Shown: piece after piece, positions 14,627 to 27,479 of the stretch
How positions within the stretch are numbered: the first letter of the stretch is position 1
How the letters are laid out: each line of letters starts with the position of its first letter
DNA from: Ruditapes philippinarum
Taxonomy: Eukaryota
Assembly: GCF_026571515.1 (NCBI RefSeq)
Contig: NW_026859523.1
Coordinates: forward strand, 372,001-436,000
Length of the DNA: 64,000 bases
Direction of reading: 5' to 3'
The notes under the pieces: generated by a model
Database searches by the model: none
What the model was told of the DNA's origin: nothing
Seen by the model: the letters and a program-made list of their open reading frames with translations, nothing else
Translations under genes and position numbers: made by a program

Positions 14627-14990
14627 TTAAGCTCGATCTTCAAGGACCAAAAATATGACATCACTGATTAAATGTATGGGGAACTTTTTACAACTGCCAC
14701 ACGGCACAAGTAACACTGATTTGACAATAAAATAGAGAAAAGCAGAATCGCTAAAGAAAGCCAAACACGCCGAAATTGAAAATATTGCAGGCTCGGTTAA
14801 TGGATAAAACTGGAAAGTGCAAGTAACCGTCCACGTCAACTTAGGTTTAAGCAGAATCAACATTTTAACACGAAAATGGTAAATGTTGAATTAAGAAACA
14901 TCTGCAGATGCGTTTATGCGTCGGTTATCGTGGAACCTTTAATGTGACACAGTAGTGCCATTTCATGAAAAGTGGCGTATGGTCCCCAAC
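14627..14990 (+). repeat. Dispersed repeat (probable DNA-transposon fragment), copy downstream of GST3
   Basis: Aligns by eye with ~26478-26760 plus ~26997-27070 (same orientation), and inverted with ~28457-28492 and ~47558-47707; shared end GCGTATGGTCCCCAA. Confidence 0.8.
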
Positions 14991-15199
14991 CACACTAAGT
15001 AAAGCTTGTTATCTTCTGTTGCTTCAGCTGCATTAACTAACATCATCAGTGTTTATTAAAATGTACCCTTTTAGTTTACCGTTTGTATTCTTACATACAA
15101 ACTTTTTATATTTACAGTCGACTTTTGTTATCTCGAAGTCATCGGGATCATCGAAAACAAATCGAGATAACGAAAAATTTTATTCTGGAATAAGATTTA

Positions 15200-15822
15200 T
15201 TGATAGTGTTTATGACAGGGCTTCCCCACATTGATAATGTTTATGCTCGAGTTTCCCCACATAGATAGTGTTTATGCCCGAGTTTCCCCACATTGATTGT
15301 GTTTATGACCGAGTTTCCCCACATAGATAATGTTTATGCCCGAGTATCCCCATATTCAATAAGTTTAATGCCAGTCACTCAAAATAGATTCATGACACAG
15401 TTACCCCCAAAAAGATAGGGTTTATGAATAAGTTTTCCCACAAAGATAGGGTTAATGAGGAGATTGCATTCATTGAACGCCACTGTCCTTGTGGATCTTG
15501 TTTATTTATCATACTTAGTGGCATAGTAACCCTAAAGTGATAGGGTTTTAAATGACACTATCATTGAGCGCCACCCTTACCTGATGATCTTATTTTTCAT
15601 ACATTATCACAGAATTTCCCCACATCGATAGTGTTTATGTCCGAGTTTCCCCACATTGATAGACAGTAACTCTACTAAGATAGAATTAATGACACAGTTT
15701 CCCCACTAAAAATAGGGTTTATGACAAAGTTACTCTAAAGAGATAGGGTTTATGAATCAGTTACTCCAAAAGATACACCTTCCTGACACAGATAGAGTTT
15801 ATGACACAGGTTACCCACATAG
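15200..15822 (+). repeat. ~30-bp minisatellite (GATAGTGTTTATGCCCGAGTTTCCCCACATT) in two degenerate blocks
   Basis: Tandem units at ~15200-15460 and ~15612-15822. Confidence 0.85.
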
Positions 15823-16545
15823 GTAATATAATACTCGTATCAAAGCATAAAGCAAACAAACAAAAGTTATTTCGCGAAACTCCGTATTTGGATTAAAAGT
15901 AATCGGTAAGGAATTCCAAATGTATTGGAACCATAATGAGACAGGATAAAGATCAGGTAAACTGATTACCCATACATTTTGCTGTTCTTCCGGCTATAGT
16001 TTTCAAAACCACCACTTTGAAGATACTCCTGTGCTCGCTTTGCAAGCTTCCTATTATAAATCTACTTGAAGGAAAAGATATAAAAATCTAAATAACTTGT
16101 CCCCATTTTTAATAAAAAAGTTTATAAAGATTGAAATATAAAGACACGCCAATTAAGTAAACATAATACATTTATTAAACGAAAGTAAAGGTTTATATCA
16201 CAACAAAAATTAACGTAATGCTAAAGCTAGTGTAACACACCTGACATCTTCGGTGACAATTGATTTTTATTTTTATAGATTTTCTAACAAACAGATGCAC
16301 ATCAATATGTACTATCTCTGCCATGATAGCATTGGTGGTGGTAGTTGTTTCGCAACAGAAATAATTTATGCCAAAGTAAAATTTTATAGTTGTAGGAACA
16401 AGACTCCAAGTTATTTAAAGGTCGGTTTTAAGCCACAGTTACTGAAAACAGGGGTTTTGCACGTGTCGTCAGATTACCAGTAGGTTGTGCAGTGTCTGCA
16501 GATGTGTTGCTGCCTATTATCTACGGTCAAATAATGAAATATCTT

Positions 16546-19500
16546 CTAGAAGGGGGTTTGTTGACGTGCCTTCAAGTGTGCTGCTACCTTTGGTTGTTTA
16601 GCAGTTGACTCAAGATTAGCAGCCAGGCATGGATATTTATCTTTAGGTACTTTTGTGAGTGCATTGCAGTTTTCAATGTAAACATACAATGCTAGATCGG
16701 CAATCGTCAGCTAGAAAGAAAAAAAGGTAGAATTATCATAATAGTCGAGATGAAGCATACTAGCTTTTTTAAAAAATAAAGTAACATAGCATAATTATCA
16801 CAAATTAGCTTTATTCGAAATGAAAAGTTTTATTTGATATAATTTTACTCCAATACATTTCCTCATTCAATTATTTTAACAGCACATATAATAGAAAACA
16901 CTTCTTCACTTCCCTTTGTAAATATGACGAATAATTAGACGTTTTCCATTAGAATAGTCGATATTTTATCATTTTATAAATCCTGATTAAATAACATTAC
17001 AATTTGAACATAAACAGTTTAATAGTAGCTTTCTATTTGAACGCTATGGGTACTCATTATCTGCAAATAACTTAAGAAACAAAATTTCAATTTCAAAGAA
17101 AATTTCAAACTTGATAAAATTTCAAAAATTCTTTTCACTTTCCTTTCTTTTAATGAGTTTATCTTTATTCCTGATACAATGAAGCCTTATCTCATTTTGT
17201 ATTTGGTAAGTAATTTTTGCATAAATCTTTTTTATACCTCGTCGCCTTAATTCTATAATGCTGTAAGTCGTATTTTGACATTTTTTTCAAATTTTGAAAG
17301 ACTACATACAGCATTCTTATCCGTTTAGTATATCGCTTCAGTTAAGAGTGATGTTGTTCTTACCTATAGATCAAAATATAGAACAAAATTTACGAACAAT
17401 TTGTTACCAAACACTCATTCATTTGTTTCCAAAATTTGAGTTACGACACTCAGAAACTAGAGCGACATAAACACTTAACAACGATCCATATAATACATAC
17501 CGAGTCTCCTACAGCAAAACCTTTCTTTCCAGTTTCTGCAACAAGCTTTTCTATATTGCCTAATACCGTAGGTAACGTCTTTGTTTCAAACTCTTCAAAC
17601 TTCTTTTTCTGTTTGAATGAATTAGTGAAATATATATTAAAATAAATCATACATCTTTAAATATTACTTTTTATCAACATGAGGCTGATTTTTTATTAGC
17701 AAGTTTTAAAGAAAAAAACATAAACTGTTAATAAGTTTAGAGCTATATTAACATATTCTCAATATTATTAAAATCATTTTGTTAATCCTTAACTTGCTAT
17801 ATTAGTTGCCACGGTTTCGGCAGATTATGGGGTTAAAACTAGTGACGTTGCAGGATTGACAATAATTTGTATGTTAAATGTAATACTGAAACATTCATTA
17901 TCTTCTAAATCCCATGAAATCATTGCTATTTTGATAAAGTAAGAAAAGTGTAAATTCAAAATAAAAATGTTTAAACCTTTTGTTTAAAATAACAACTCCT
18001 GTCAAATGCTATATTTTCCCCACCTGGTGTTGTTTTAATGAAAAAGACACATTTAAGTTTACCTTTTCATCCTCGCTGTCCTTACCAAATGCTATGCTTG
18101 CATATGGGGTAAAAATGTCTAATATAGTGTCCAGTATCTGATCTACCATGACCTTCTCTAAGTTTCCTTTCCCGTATAAATCTACATTAAAATAAAAAAA
18201 AGTTGTTATATGAAATTCTTCGAACGTGTCATTCATTCAGTTTATCAACATAGAACTTTTTACTTATCATTTCCAAAAATGCTACGGATCATCTTATGCT
18301 TTCAGCAGGGTATTTGATTTTTATGTGTCGTGAAACAGACTCCATATTGAACAAAAAGCAATCTGCATATTATTTTCATTGCATGAGCCTACACACTGGT
18401 TCTGAGCTTCGTACATGACGAAAGTATTTAAGTTCTATATGAAGGTAACCGATATAAAACAAAGTGGATGGCGTTCCCGGTTGATGCCTTTTTTTTTAGA
18501 GATTTTTTTTCGGCATTTTGTTAAAGTCTCCTTTTTGATTGTGAACGGGCATATGGTGTAGGGGTAGAAATGTTGGTCAAAACTTGTCAATTATATATAT
18601 CGACATCAGAAAAGTGCACTAAAGTGACGCGCATGTTAATCAATAATCACCACTAAATACAGTCCCTAGCATTCTGATATATTTGTCATATGCTGCGGTT
18701 CGGATCGGATTATCCTTCCCGATGGAAATCCTCGTTGTGCGGGTCAAGGGCACGAATATTCTGATCTGAATCCCAAACACATGTCAGATATTTTTCTTGC
18801 ATGTTCTATCATATTTTAAATGGTTAACCTTAATAAAATCTTTTTAATGGAAATTAATGCCATGTCATTAGTAACTGTTTTCTTACAGTAACGTGTACGA
18901 TTAGAACTTCATTCATGATGGCGGAATAATGTAGTACTTGGACTAAACATTCTAAAATGTGCCGAAATGACGTCATGTTAACGCAGTTCATTAATAAACT
19001 ATGTCAATTTAAAGCAATCGACTTATCTGGCACTCCCATTACAGACGAAATTTCAGGCATGTGTAAAAACAGACACGCCAGTCTGATATGCAAGAATAAT
19101 GTGGTGACACATCATAAATCCTAACACAAAGACGATTGCTTTTGAATGGACTCGTTACCATTATGTAAGAATAAACAACACGCATAGAACTACCACCAAG
19201 TTTGAAGGACACATAAGGTAGGAAATAAATTAAACATATTTCCATGAAATAAACATATTCAATTTGAAGAAAATTAAAAAAAAATATCAATAAAGTTATT
19301 AAAACATACTAAATTCATTTCCTAAGAAGCGTGCAATTGCAAAACTTTGACATATCTTTTTCTTCCCATCGATTTCCAGCACCGGTAATGAACCTTGTGG
19401 CGTCCCTGTAAAAATAGACAAAATGTAAATAGCTGATTTCTTGTTATACGTTATTATCAATGTTAACTTACAATAAATAATGACCAATGAAAACTTTTAG

Positions 19501-20098
19501 ACAAATTATATTAAATGATATTTTCGAAAAGACGAAGAAAGTGTAAATCAAAACCTCTTATATCATATATACACCGACTTGTCGATAAGTTGCAACAGAC
19601 TGTGAAACGGTTTGTATCTGATTTATGTCTACATATAACCATTAATAATGTGACGTGTTTACCTTCTTTTCTTAACTATATTGCTTACAGGAGAGAAATC
19701 CGCCTGCTTAGCTCATAAGGAAAGCATTGGATTTGTATTCCTGAGGTTACTGGTTCAATCTTCGGATGAAATGTCTCCATGTTAATTAATCTCGGACATT
19801 TGGTCTAATGGTCATTTGTCTCTCACTGCTGAGTCAAATCTCATGTGGGATAAGGAGTCGGTCAGTTGAGGAAAAATCGGTAATCACTGGTAAGGTAATC
19901 AGATAGTCCGACAAATAATATGTTAAGAAGGACAAGAAATGTTAAAGTAAAAAACCACCAACCTTGTTTACGTCCAGGCCAGTCAGCAAACTCGATTCTT
20001 TCATCTTCGAATTTAATCCCTGCAACATTGAATATCATCCTAGATAACTCAGCTCTACCACGTCCATTAAAATACGTTAACTTGTATTTAGTAGGCAT
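16546..20098 (-). CDS. GSTS: Sigma-class glutathione S-transferase, copy 3 (207 aa)
   Basis: Exons 20098-19963, 19405-19310, 18181-18063, 17608-17501, 16710-16546 (624 nt, GT-AG, open frame): [71 protein letters not shown]. Confidence 0.96.
19827..19837 (-). promoter_or_regulatory. Candidate ARE/AP-1 site in GST3 intron 1
   Basis: Minus strand reads TTGACTCAGCA. Confidence 0.3.
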
Positions 20099-20189
20099 TT
20101 TGTAAATATTTCTAATTTATAATACAAAAATATTATTTAGATATTAAAAAACCAACGTTGAATTATCGAACAAGGTAGACGGACTAAAT

Positions 20190-20256
20190 TTTGCAAGATT
20201 TGACGCAGACTTATATAGCGATCCATTTACAAAAAGGTTTTTTGTTGCGCTGTCAT
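20190..20256 (-). promoter_or_regulatory. GST3 core promoter: TATA box plus ARE-like motif
   Basis: Minus strand reads ATGACAGCGCA (20256-20246), then CTATATAAG (~20219-20211), ~115 nt above the ATG. A similar TATA-proximal block precedes GST4. Confidence 0.55.
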
Positions 20257-22012
20257 GCATATATGAACACATCAAGTCATTTTAATAACATATACTCAAC
20301 CACTTTTAAAACTTTACTGCATTATCGAGAAATTAAATTATTGCAGTTGCGTTCCATAATTAGGGACACTATTTCATCATTCTGAAATTCATCTATTGAT
20401 TACGGAACATAGTACGCACTTGAGAGAGTTTTATATACATACATGTATTATTTAATACTTCTTTAAGTTTTTAGCGAGTCACGTGTAACGTTTTTTTCTA
20501 ACCTAGTATACATAACATTTACGTAACGGTTGACAAGATGTTACGATATTTTGACTGACTCGCTAATTACCATGATATCGGGCAATCAGTGTGCACTGAA
20601 GTACTAGTTTAACGTTTTTTTCCATTTGCAAAAAATGTCGGCTGTTTAAAATGTCGTCTGCTAGATTCGTTTTAAACTTTTTTATCTTGTTTTGACAATA
20701 TTTAAGGTATCTACTGTTGACACATAGACTATTATCGCTAAGGGTAAACAATATTTTGGGTATGAAGTTACAAAAAAAGCCCATATAATATTTTTCAATT
20801 TAATGCGTTTGAAATAAGTCTTAAAAATACAAAGTTCCACAAGATGCGTGCCAAGTGTACACAAACTAACCGGACGACCCGAAAATTTCTCACGAAAAAA
20901 AAAATGTCCCTTGTGTACGGAAGTCGTGATTTTCCAAAATACATACGTCAATTTATTGTTTAACTTCATATCCTATATCTCAGAATATGTTGATGACGAT
21001 TTTGTGACTGACTTTGCCAAATGCGAGGAGTCGCTAAAGTCCTGTACTAAAAAAACAACAAAAACAAACAAACAACAACAACAACAACAAAAAACCAACC
21101 AAAAACAAATAGTGTGTTACATTTCATTATTTAATTGCAGAAATGGAGTAAAAACTTTTTAGATTGATTATTGTATTACGACCTGTATTGAATTACAACT
21201 ATATCTGTTGTTTTGAAAGTTCGTTCATTGATTCGGCAGATATCAATGTAATAATACTTATTTTCTCCCTCTGTACAGTCTTAAAAAAGGACAACAAGAT
21301 GTTTGACATTTACAGAATGCGGTGCATTACTGATCCTTTTACATAGGTATATATTAACCGCTTTCAGCATGTGATCCGACAATGTAAGCATATAATTACA
21401 TATCTATGTTAAAATAACAAGATTTTAGTTATGTTAACACTGAATGCATTGTTATATGTACATGAATTTTCACCACTTAACGCTGATGTTAAAGTACCAT
21501 TGAAATATGTCATAGAGCACCAAAGCCGAACAGGAAACACGATTATTTTTAAAATGGATAAAACAACATGTACCTGCGGCAAGTGCTAAGATGAATGCCG
21601 GTATATTCTCATCCGTGCTACACTAACACGGAAAAAATAATATTTATTCGTTGACAATACGGGCTCATTTTATATGTAATTTTTAAATGTTCGTATGAAA
21701 AGAAGTGTGCACGTATAAAATTAATCAAGTGTCGTTTAATCTTCCCTTTAATGACAGTTCAATGTAGCATTATGGTTTTTATCCCTCCCTGGCTATCTTG
21801 GTTAATTTGTTATGTATCTTATTGTAGAATAAACAAAGTAATCATCCAATTGTGAAGATGTAAAAGATGCAATAAGGCACTAGGCATACTAGCAGTTGGC
21901 AAATGTCAATTCAAAATTGTATGTCAAAACAAGGATGCTATGTTTAAGTAGTCGTTTTTTTATCGTAATTTGAGTAAGATTATATGTATTGAGGTCTAAC
22001 AAAAGTTGTTTT

Positions 22013-22206
22013 TCTTTTTAGCTTACCTTAGCACAAAATGCTAAGATGTGAGCTTTTTTGATTTTACGATGTCCGTGTTGCGTCTTCCGTCATCTGCCAT
22101 TTGATATTATCCAGAAGTTCCTTTTCTTAACAACAAGGTAAATTTTTACCAAACCCTTTAAGTTATTAATGGCTCCAGTCTGAAGCTTTAGTAGGTAACA
22201 AAGCTT
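22013..22206 (+). mobile_element. Degenerate Helentron/HINE-like repeat (host of the nested insertion; resumes after 25707)
   Basis: TTTTTAGCTTACCTTAGCAC..GCTAAGATGTGAGC inverted pair followed by CGTC-type repeats; related copy at ~30533 (TTTTTAGCTCATCTGAG..GGTCACAAAAGCTAAAA). Confidence 0.5.
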
Positions 22207-25200
22207 TGTAACACCGCACTTTGGGGTCAAACGCACTTTGGGGTCCGACCCCAAAGTGCGTTAAACTTTGCACCGCACTTTGGGGTCAAACGCAATTTGG
22301 GGTCAAAATCGAAAAATTGACCCCAAAGTGCGTTAATATGCTACATATCAACGCACTTTGGGTTCCAGAGGTCTAAAGGTGTAATCTATGGTGGCTGATT
22401 TGTGCCATTCGTGTTTTCGCCCCGCGACCCCGCCAAGCGAAAAGTCGAAAATTAACAAGTTAAAATGGCGGGGGCGCACAGCGAAAACACGCTAATTAGC
22501 GAGGGTGCGGGGCGAAGTTTAATAAATAAAACTTCGCCGCGCGGGGGCGCGGGGCGAGATTTAAGAAATAAAACGGCGGGGGCGCGGAGCGAAAACACGC
22601 TAATTAGCGCCCCCCGCTAATAAGCGTGTTTTCGCTCCGCGCCCCCGCCATTTTAACTTGTTAATTATCGACTTTTCGCTTGGCGGGGTCGCGGGACGAA
22701 AACACGCTAATTAGCGAGGGCGCGCGGCGAAGTTTTATTTATTTAACTTCGCCCCGCGCCCCCGCTAATTATCGTGTTTTCGTCCCGCGACCCCGCCGTT
22801 TTATTTCTTAAATCTCGCTCCGCGCTCCCGCGGGGCGAAGTTTTATTTATTAAACTTCGCCCCGCGCCCTCGCTAATTAGCGTGTTTTCGCTGCGCGCCC
22901 CCGCCATTTAACATGTTAATTATCGACTTTTCGCTTGGCGGGGTCGCGGGACGAAAACACGCTAATTAGCGGGGGCGCGCGGCGAAGTTTTATTTATTAA
23001 ACTTCGCCCCGCGACCCCGCTAATTAGCGTGTTTTCGTCCCGCGACCCCGCCGTTTTATTTCTTAAATCTCGCTCCGCGGCCCTCGCTAATTAGCGTGTT
23101 TTCCTTGCGCGCACCCGCGATTTTAACTTGTTAATTTTCGACTTTTCGCTTGGCGGGGTCGCGGGGCGAAAACACGAATGGCACAAATCAGCCACCAAAG
23201 TAATCTGAGTTCTGCTTAAATACTGAATACTGACTTATTTTCGATGTGTGACATTGAAATATTTGAGGTGGAGTTCAAGATGGCGGTCAATACTTTGATG
23301 ATGCTTAAGTGATAAAAGTTTCATTAATTTTACCACTTGAAATATCCAAAAATTGTGTTCATATAACAAAATAACGGTGGCATAAAAGTGACATTTGCAT
23401 TTTTTTATTTAAGTTTTTGCATACATATTTTTATTCAAGTTTTGCATATATATATATTTTTTGAGTTTTGCATTCATATTTTATTGTAGTTTTTCGTACA
23501 TATTTTATTTTTGTTTTTCGTACATATTTTAGCCAATCAAAACAGCCTTCAAATCTCATAACAGCCCATAGTTGACTATAAAACTAGCACAGTGGTTTGG
23601 TCACATTTCTGCCCATTTTTGGAATCGGCCCAGTCGTTTTTGGCCGCGCAAGTCTGGTTTCGGCCGACCTTTTTCGGCCCATTTTTTAAATCATATAAAT
23701 AAGTAGTAGTCCGTACAGGCAGTACTCAAAATATCAACTTTTTAAGTAGTTGCACATTAAGAGCGGAGCTTCAGAATAATGTAAAATTCTCACTGGTGGT
23801 ATAGAGGGCAGTGTGGGGTATCGATCCCCCCGAAGGGTTAAAAATAACATTTTTAAGGCCCATTATGCTTTTATTTATTTTTCTTAAAAGCTTTTTTATT
23901 TTGATGTTCTTTTATATTATCAAAACAATACACATTGGCCAATTACCTGAACCATCTTTTTCAGCTGTTGCTTTTTGACAATGATGAGTACAGTTATAGT
24001 GAATAAGTATTTTATATGGCAGTCAAATACTACATTGTTTTGACAACTTTTATTACAAATAATTTCACATTTATCGCTACTTTATTCGGGTAACAAACAT
24101 TTTACATTTCTCTGATACCATTATTTTAACATTATTAAATTCATGTTTGCTCTTTCTAAAGATTTCCCATTAAAAAAGCCTCTGGCGAACGGTTGTTACG
24201 GAGCTTACAAAAACGCTTAAGTTTGTTGATAAGCTTAATAATATATTTGTAAAAATCACTATTTATAGTCTGATCTAAAAACTTGATGTTTCACCAGAAC
24301 CTTGCAATAGAGTATATTTATAGTTCTATGGAAAAAAAAAATTAACTGCATTTTATTTCATTCCCAACATATTTTAAGTGGGGCTCAACATGGCACCAAA
24401 AGTTATCAAGTAAATGACTGACAGAACGGGATATTTTTCGCAGCATCTTTTAACTTTAGGAATACACAATTTCTGTACTAGAGTTTTTTGAACGGTGGCA
24501 TAAAAGTGACATTTGCAACTTTTTTTTGTTTTTGATTTTCAAACACTTCGCCATCGGTAAAGTACAGTACCCCATTTGCAAACGCCATTTGCAAATACCA
24601 ACATTTTCATTTTTGGAGGTATCAAAATGATAACAACACTTTTTAGTATATAATATACATGTACATTTATATACATGTATATATATATTTCTAAATCAGT
24701 GGAATGTAAGGACCTATTTAGATGTTTTATTGTGCATTATTGTAATACACCAGTCATTTGTAACCACCTACCTTGCCCCCGGGGGAGTGCGGGTTAAAAT
24801 AGAATCGTGTTTTGATGTCTGCACTGTTCCGGGGCATAAGGCAGGAATGATATTATCTGAATATCCCCCGTAGAGCAAAGATTTTACCAGTGGTCGGCTT
24901 TGTTTAAAGTCAATGCCCCCCCCCCCCTCCGCTATTCTCAGGGGGTTGGGTTGAGTGGTGCATATTCATGGAATAATAACTGATCACCAATCAACAGCCC
25001 TTTCCAAATAGACACTTATATGATAATATGTAATAATAAAAAAAACAATAATTATATAAAATACATATTAAAGCCGCATCTACACCTTGTCAAGTTTCTT
25101 ATGTGTCACATTTAGCTAAATAAATGGGTATTTTAACATATTATCAGGCACATTTTTTACTGAAATGTCTTACTAAGATTACCCAGAATTTATACCTTTG

Positions 25201-25701
25201 TCTATGCTAAGACTATCATATTTCTGTAAAATGTGTAAATAACAAACGGGAAAATGATGCATTTAGCTAAAAACAATGGAGTTAATGAAGGGTGTACATT
25301 CTTTTAAAATAAATGGAAAAGATGAGAAAAACATATTTTAAGCTTAATAATTGATACAAATTCTTTATTTGGTGATTTATTTAGTGAAAGTTCTTAACTT
25401 ACTAATCAAGACCATTTAAATCCATATTGATTCAGAGCACATGTTTTGTGTCTATTTTATAACTTGATTTTTGTTTACCATTGTTTACCATATTTTAAAC
25501 ATAATGAACAAATTTTCTCTGACCCCAAAGTGCGGTCGTTTGCCTGATGTAAAAAAAATGCATATGTACCTGTTTTACGCACTTTGGGGTCGAAATTGAA
25601 CACCAAAGTGCGTAACGCACTCTGGGGTCGGACCCCAAAGTACGTAACGCACTTTGGGGTCCAACCCCAAAGTGCGTTTGACCCCAAAGTGCGGTGTTAC
25701 A
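22207..25701. mobile_element. 3.5-kb non-autonomous foldback-type element with TGT..ACA ends
   Basis: TIRs TGTAACACCGCACTTTGGGGTCAAACGCACTTTGGGGT.. and ..ACCCCAAAGTGCGTTTGACCCCAAAGTGCGGTGTTACA; subterminal arrays of CGCACTTTGGGGTC in both orientations; AAGCTT on both flanks (22201-22206, 25702-25707); no coding capacity. Confidence 0.88.
22387..23199. mobile_element. GC-rich ~810-bp palindromic/modular MITE nested in the foldback element
   Basis: Long TIRs TGGTGGCTGATTTGTGCCATTCGTGTTTTCGCCCCGCGACCCCGCCAAGCG..; internal AAAACACGCTAATTAGCG and CGAAGTT..AACTTCG modules; GTAATC direct repeat at 22381-22386 and 23200-23205. Confidence 0.9.
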
Positions 25702-26477
25702 AAGCTTAAACAAAATTTATAAACTTCAATGCCCAGATCTTAGATGTTTGACAATAAGTGATGCTTTTTAACTTGCTATTCAGGCTGATAATATTCAGGA
25801 TTCAATAATTCAGGCTAATATTTCATATTAAGTGTTTATATCGCACAATTGTGACAGTGTGATGTTGAAATATCAAATCTAATTTATACGTTTATTTCAC
25901 ATTCAATGAACCTCCAGCGTTTAAATGATGTTCCTATAGAAATCATTATTGGATTTTGCATCGCTTCTCTTTAGAGAGTCCAAAAATCCATATCAAATAT
26001 CCATATCATACCAAATGTAGTCTCGTTTACATTTCCAGAGTCCAAACCTTTATATCAAATCCTTATTAAAGCTCTGTCAAAATGTTACAAGGATGGTGGT
26101 GTGATCATTATACATAGTTGAAAATAATACTGATTTCATTGGACGGGTACACAGCTGCAAAAGCAATATCAGTCTCGGCGTGCCCCTTGTCCAATAAAGG
26201 TTTGTCAGCTGTGTACCCGTCAAAAAGAATTCAGTATTGTACTCAATAGTGTATAATAACCTCATAACACAAAGCCGCACATGCTGTAATATATCGTTAC
26301 TACATTGCCCTTGCATTCATCCAAATTGAATTGTCATCTAGACTAGGCAGCATGAAAATTGCAACTACATGTATCAGATACCCCATCCCCAAATACCCAT
26401 ATATAGCTTACATCAGATGTTGTTGTCTATAATAATAATAAAAATAAATTTCTCGATCTAATAACACGACAGGCAAC

Positions 26478-27070
26478 AAAATAGAGAAAAAACAGAATCT
26501 CTAAAGAAATTCCAACACGACAAAATTGAAAATGTTGAAAACTCGGTTTGATTGAGCCTGTTCATGGACGGTAATGAAAAATGCAAGTTACCGTCCACGC
26601 CCCCTAGCACCGGCTTAAGCAGAATTCAATATGTAACATGGAAATGGTGAAATTCTTTTAATTTAGAAACATCCGCAGATATTTTCACACGGTGGTTATC
26701 ATGGAACCTTCAATGTGACACAGGAGTGTCATTCCATGAAAAGCGGCGTATGGTCCCCAAGTAAAAGTGTGCCCTAAATGAGAAAACAATGGGCTGAACT
26801 GAATAAAATGAAATTTTGAAAGGGGATCTGAGGTTATGAATCTGCATATCACATATAAGACGTCAAAAGACAAATTTAAAAAGCAGGAAACATATAATAA
26901 TACTGGAACCACCCACGTTGAAAATGCCCAAAAGGAAGAAATTCAAAATGCATGTACCACATAACATGTTTACAGAACAATAATTGTCGTGCTGAACGAT
27001 CTTCAAGGATCGAAAAAATAACATCATTCATTAAATGTACAGGGTGACTTTTACAGTGGCCACACGGCAA
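26478..27070 (+). repeat. Dispersed repeat, copy downstream of GST4 (same family as 14627-14990, two segments in swapped order)
   Basis: AAAATAGAGAAAA..CAGAATC..GCGTATGGTCCCCAA and GATCTTCAAGGA..CCACACGGCA segments shared with 14627-14990. Confidence 0.75.
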
Positions 27071-27479
27071 GTCTCGCCATATAACAATTCATGAAATGGA
27101 TATAAATCTTGACTAACAAGTTCCGTTTTTAAAATGGTTTTTATTCGAAAATTTAATTATGAATTTAATTCATTATCACAATATAAAGTCACAATAGATA
27201 TAAAATGGTTAATTCATTCGTTATCTGATCTGTTACATAATATATAAACTCAAAATAAAACAGATCCATCATTCAGTCTTACTTAATATCAAAACATGTT
27301 ATACAAATGACATCCGTCTGTCCGTTGTTATGTTTCCGGCAACTGGGCATGTATTACAAAACAATTGATATTTATTGTTTTATAAAAGACAACATTTTTA
27401 CCTAAGTGTAGGAAAACACTTTAAGAGGTAGAGTATAAAAAGTAGTATTAAATATTTGGTTTATGTAATGAAACATCTC

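Noticed and set aside
19700-19770. tRNA-like sequence (also ~57596-57630 and ~57930-57995)
   Set aside because: Only degenerate A/B-box remnants with no complete cloverleaf; probably decayed SINE heads.
25475-25713. ORFs within the right foldback TIR
   Set aside because: Translation of 14-mer repeats; no transposase motifs.
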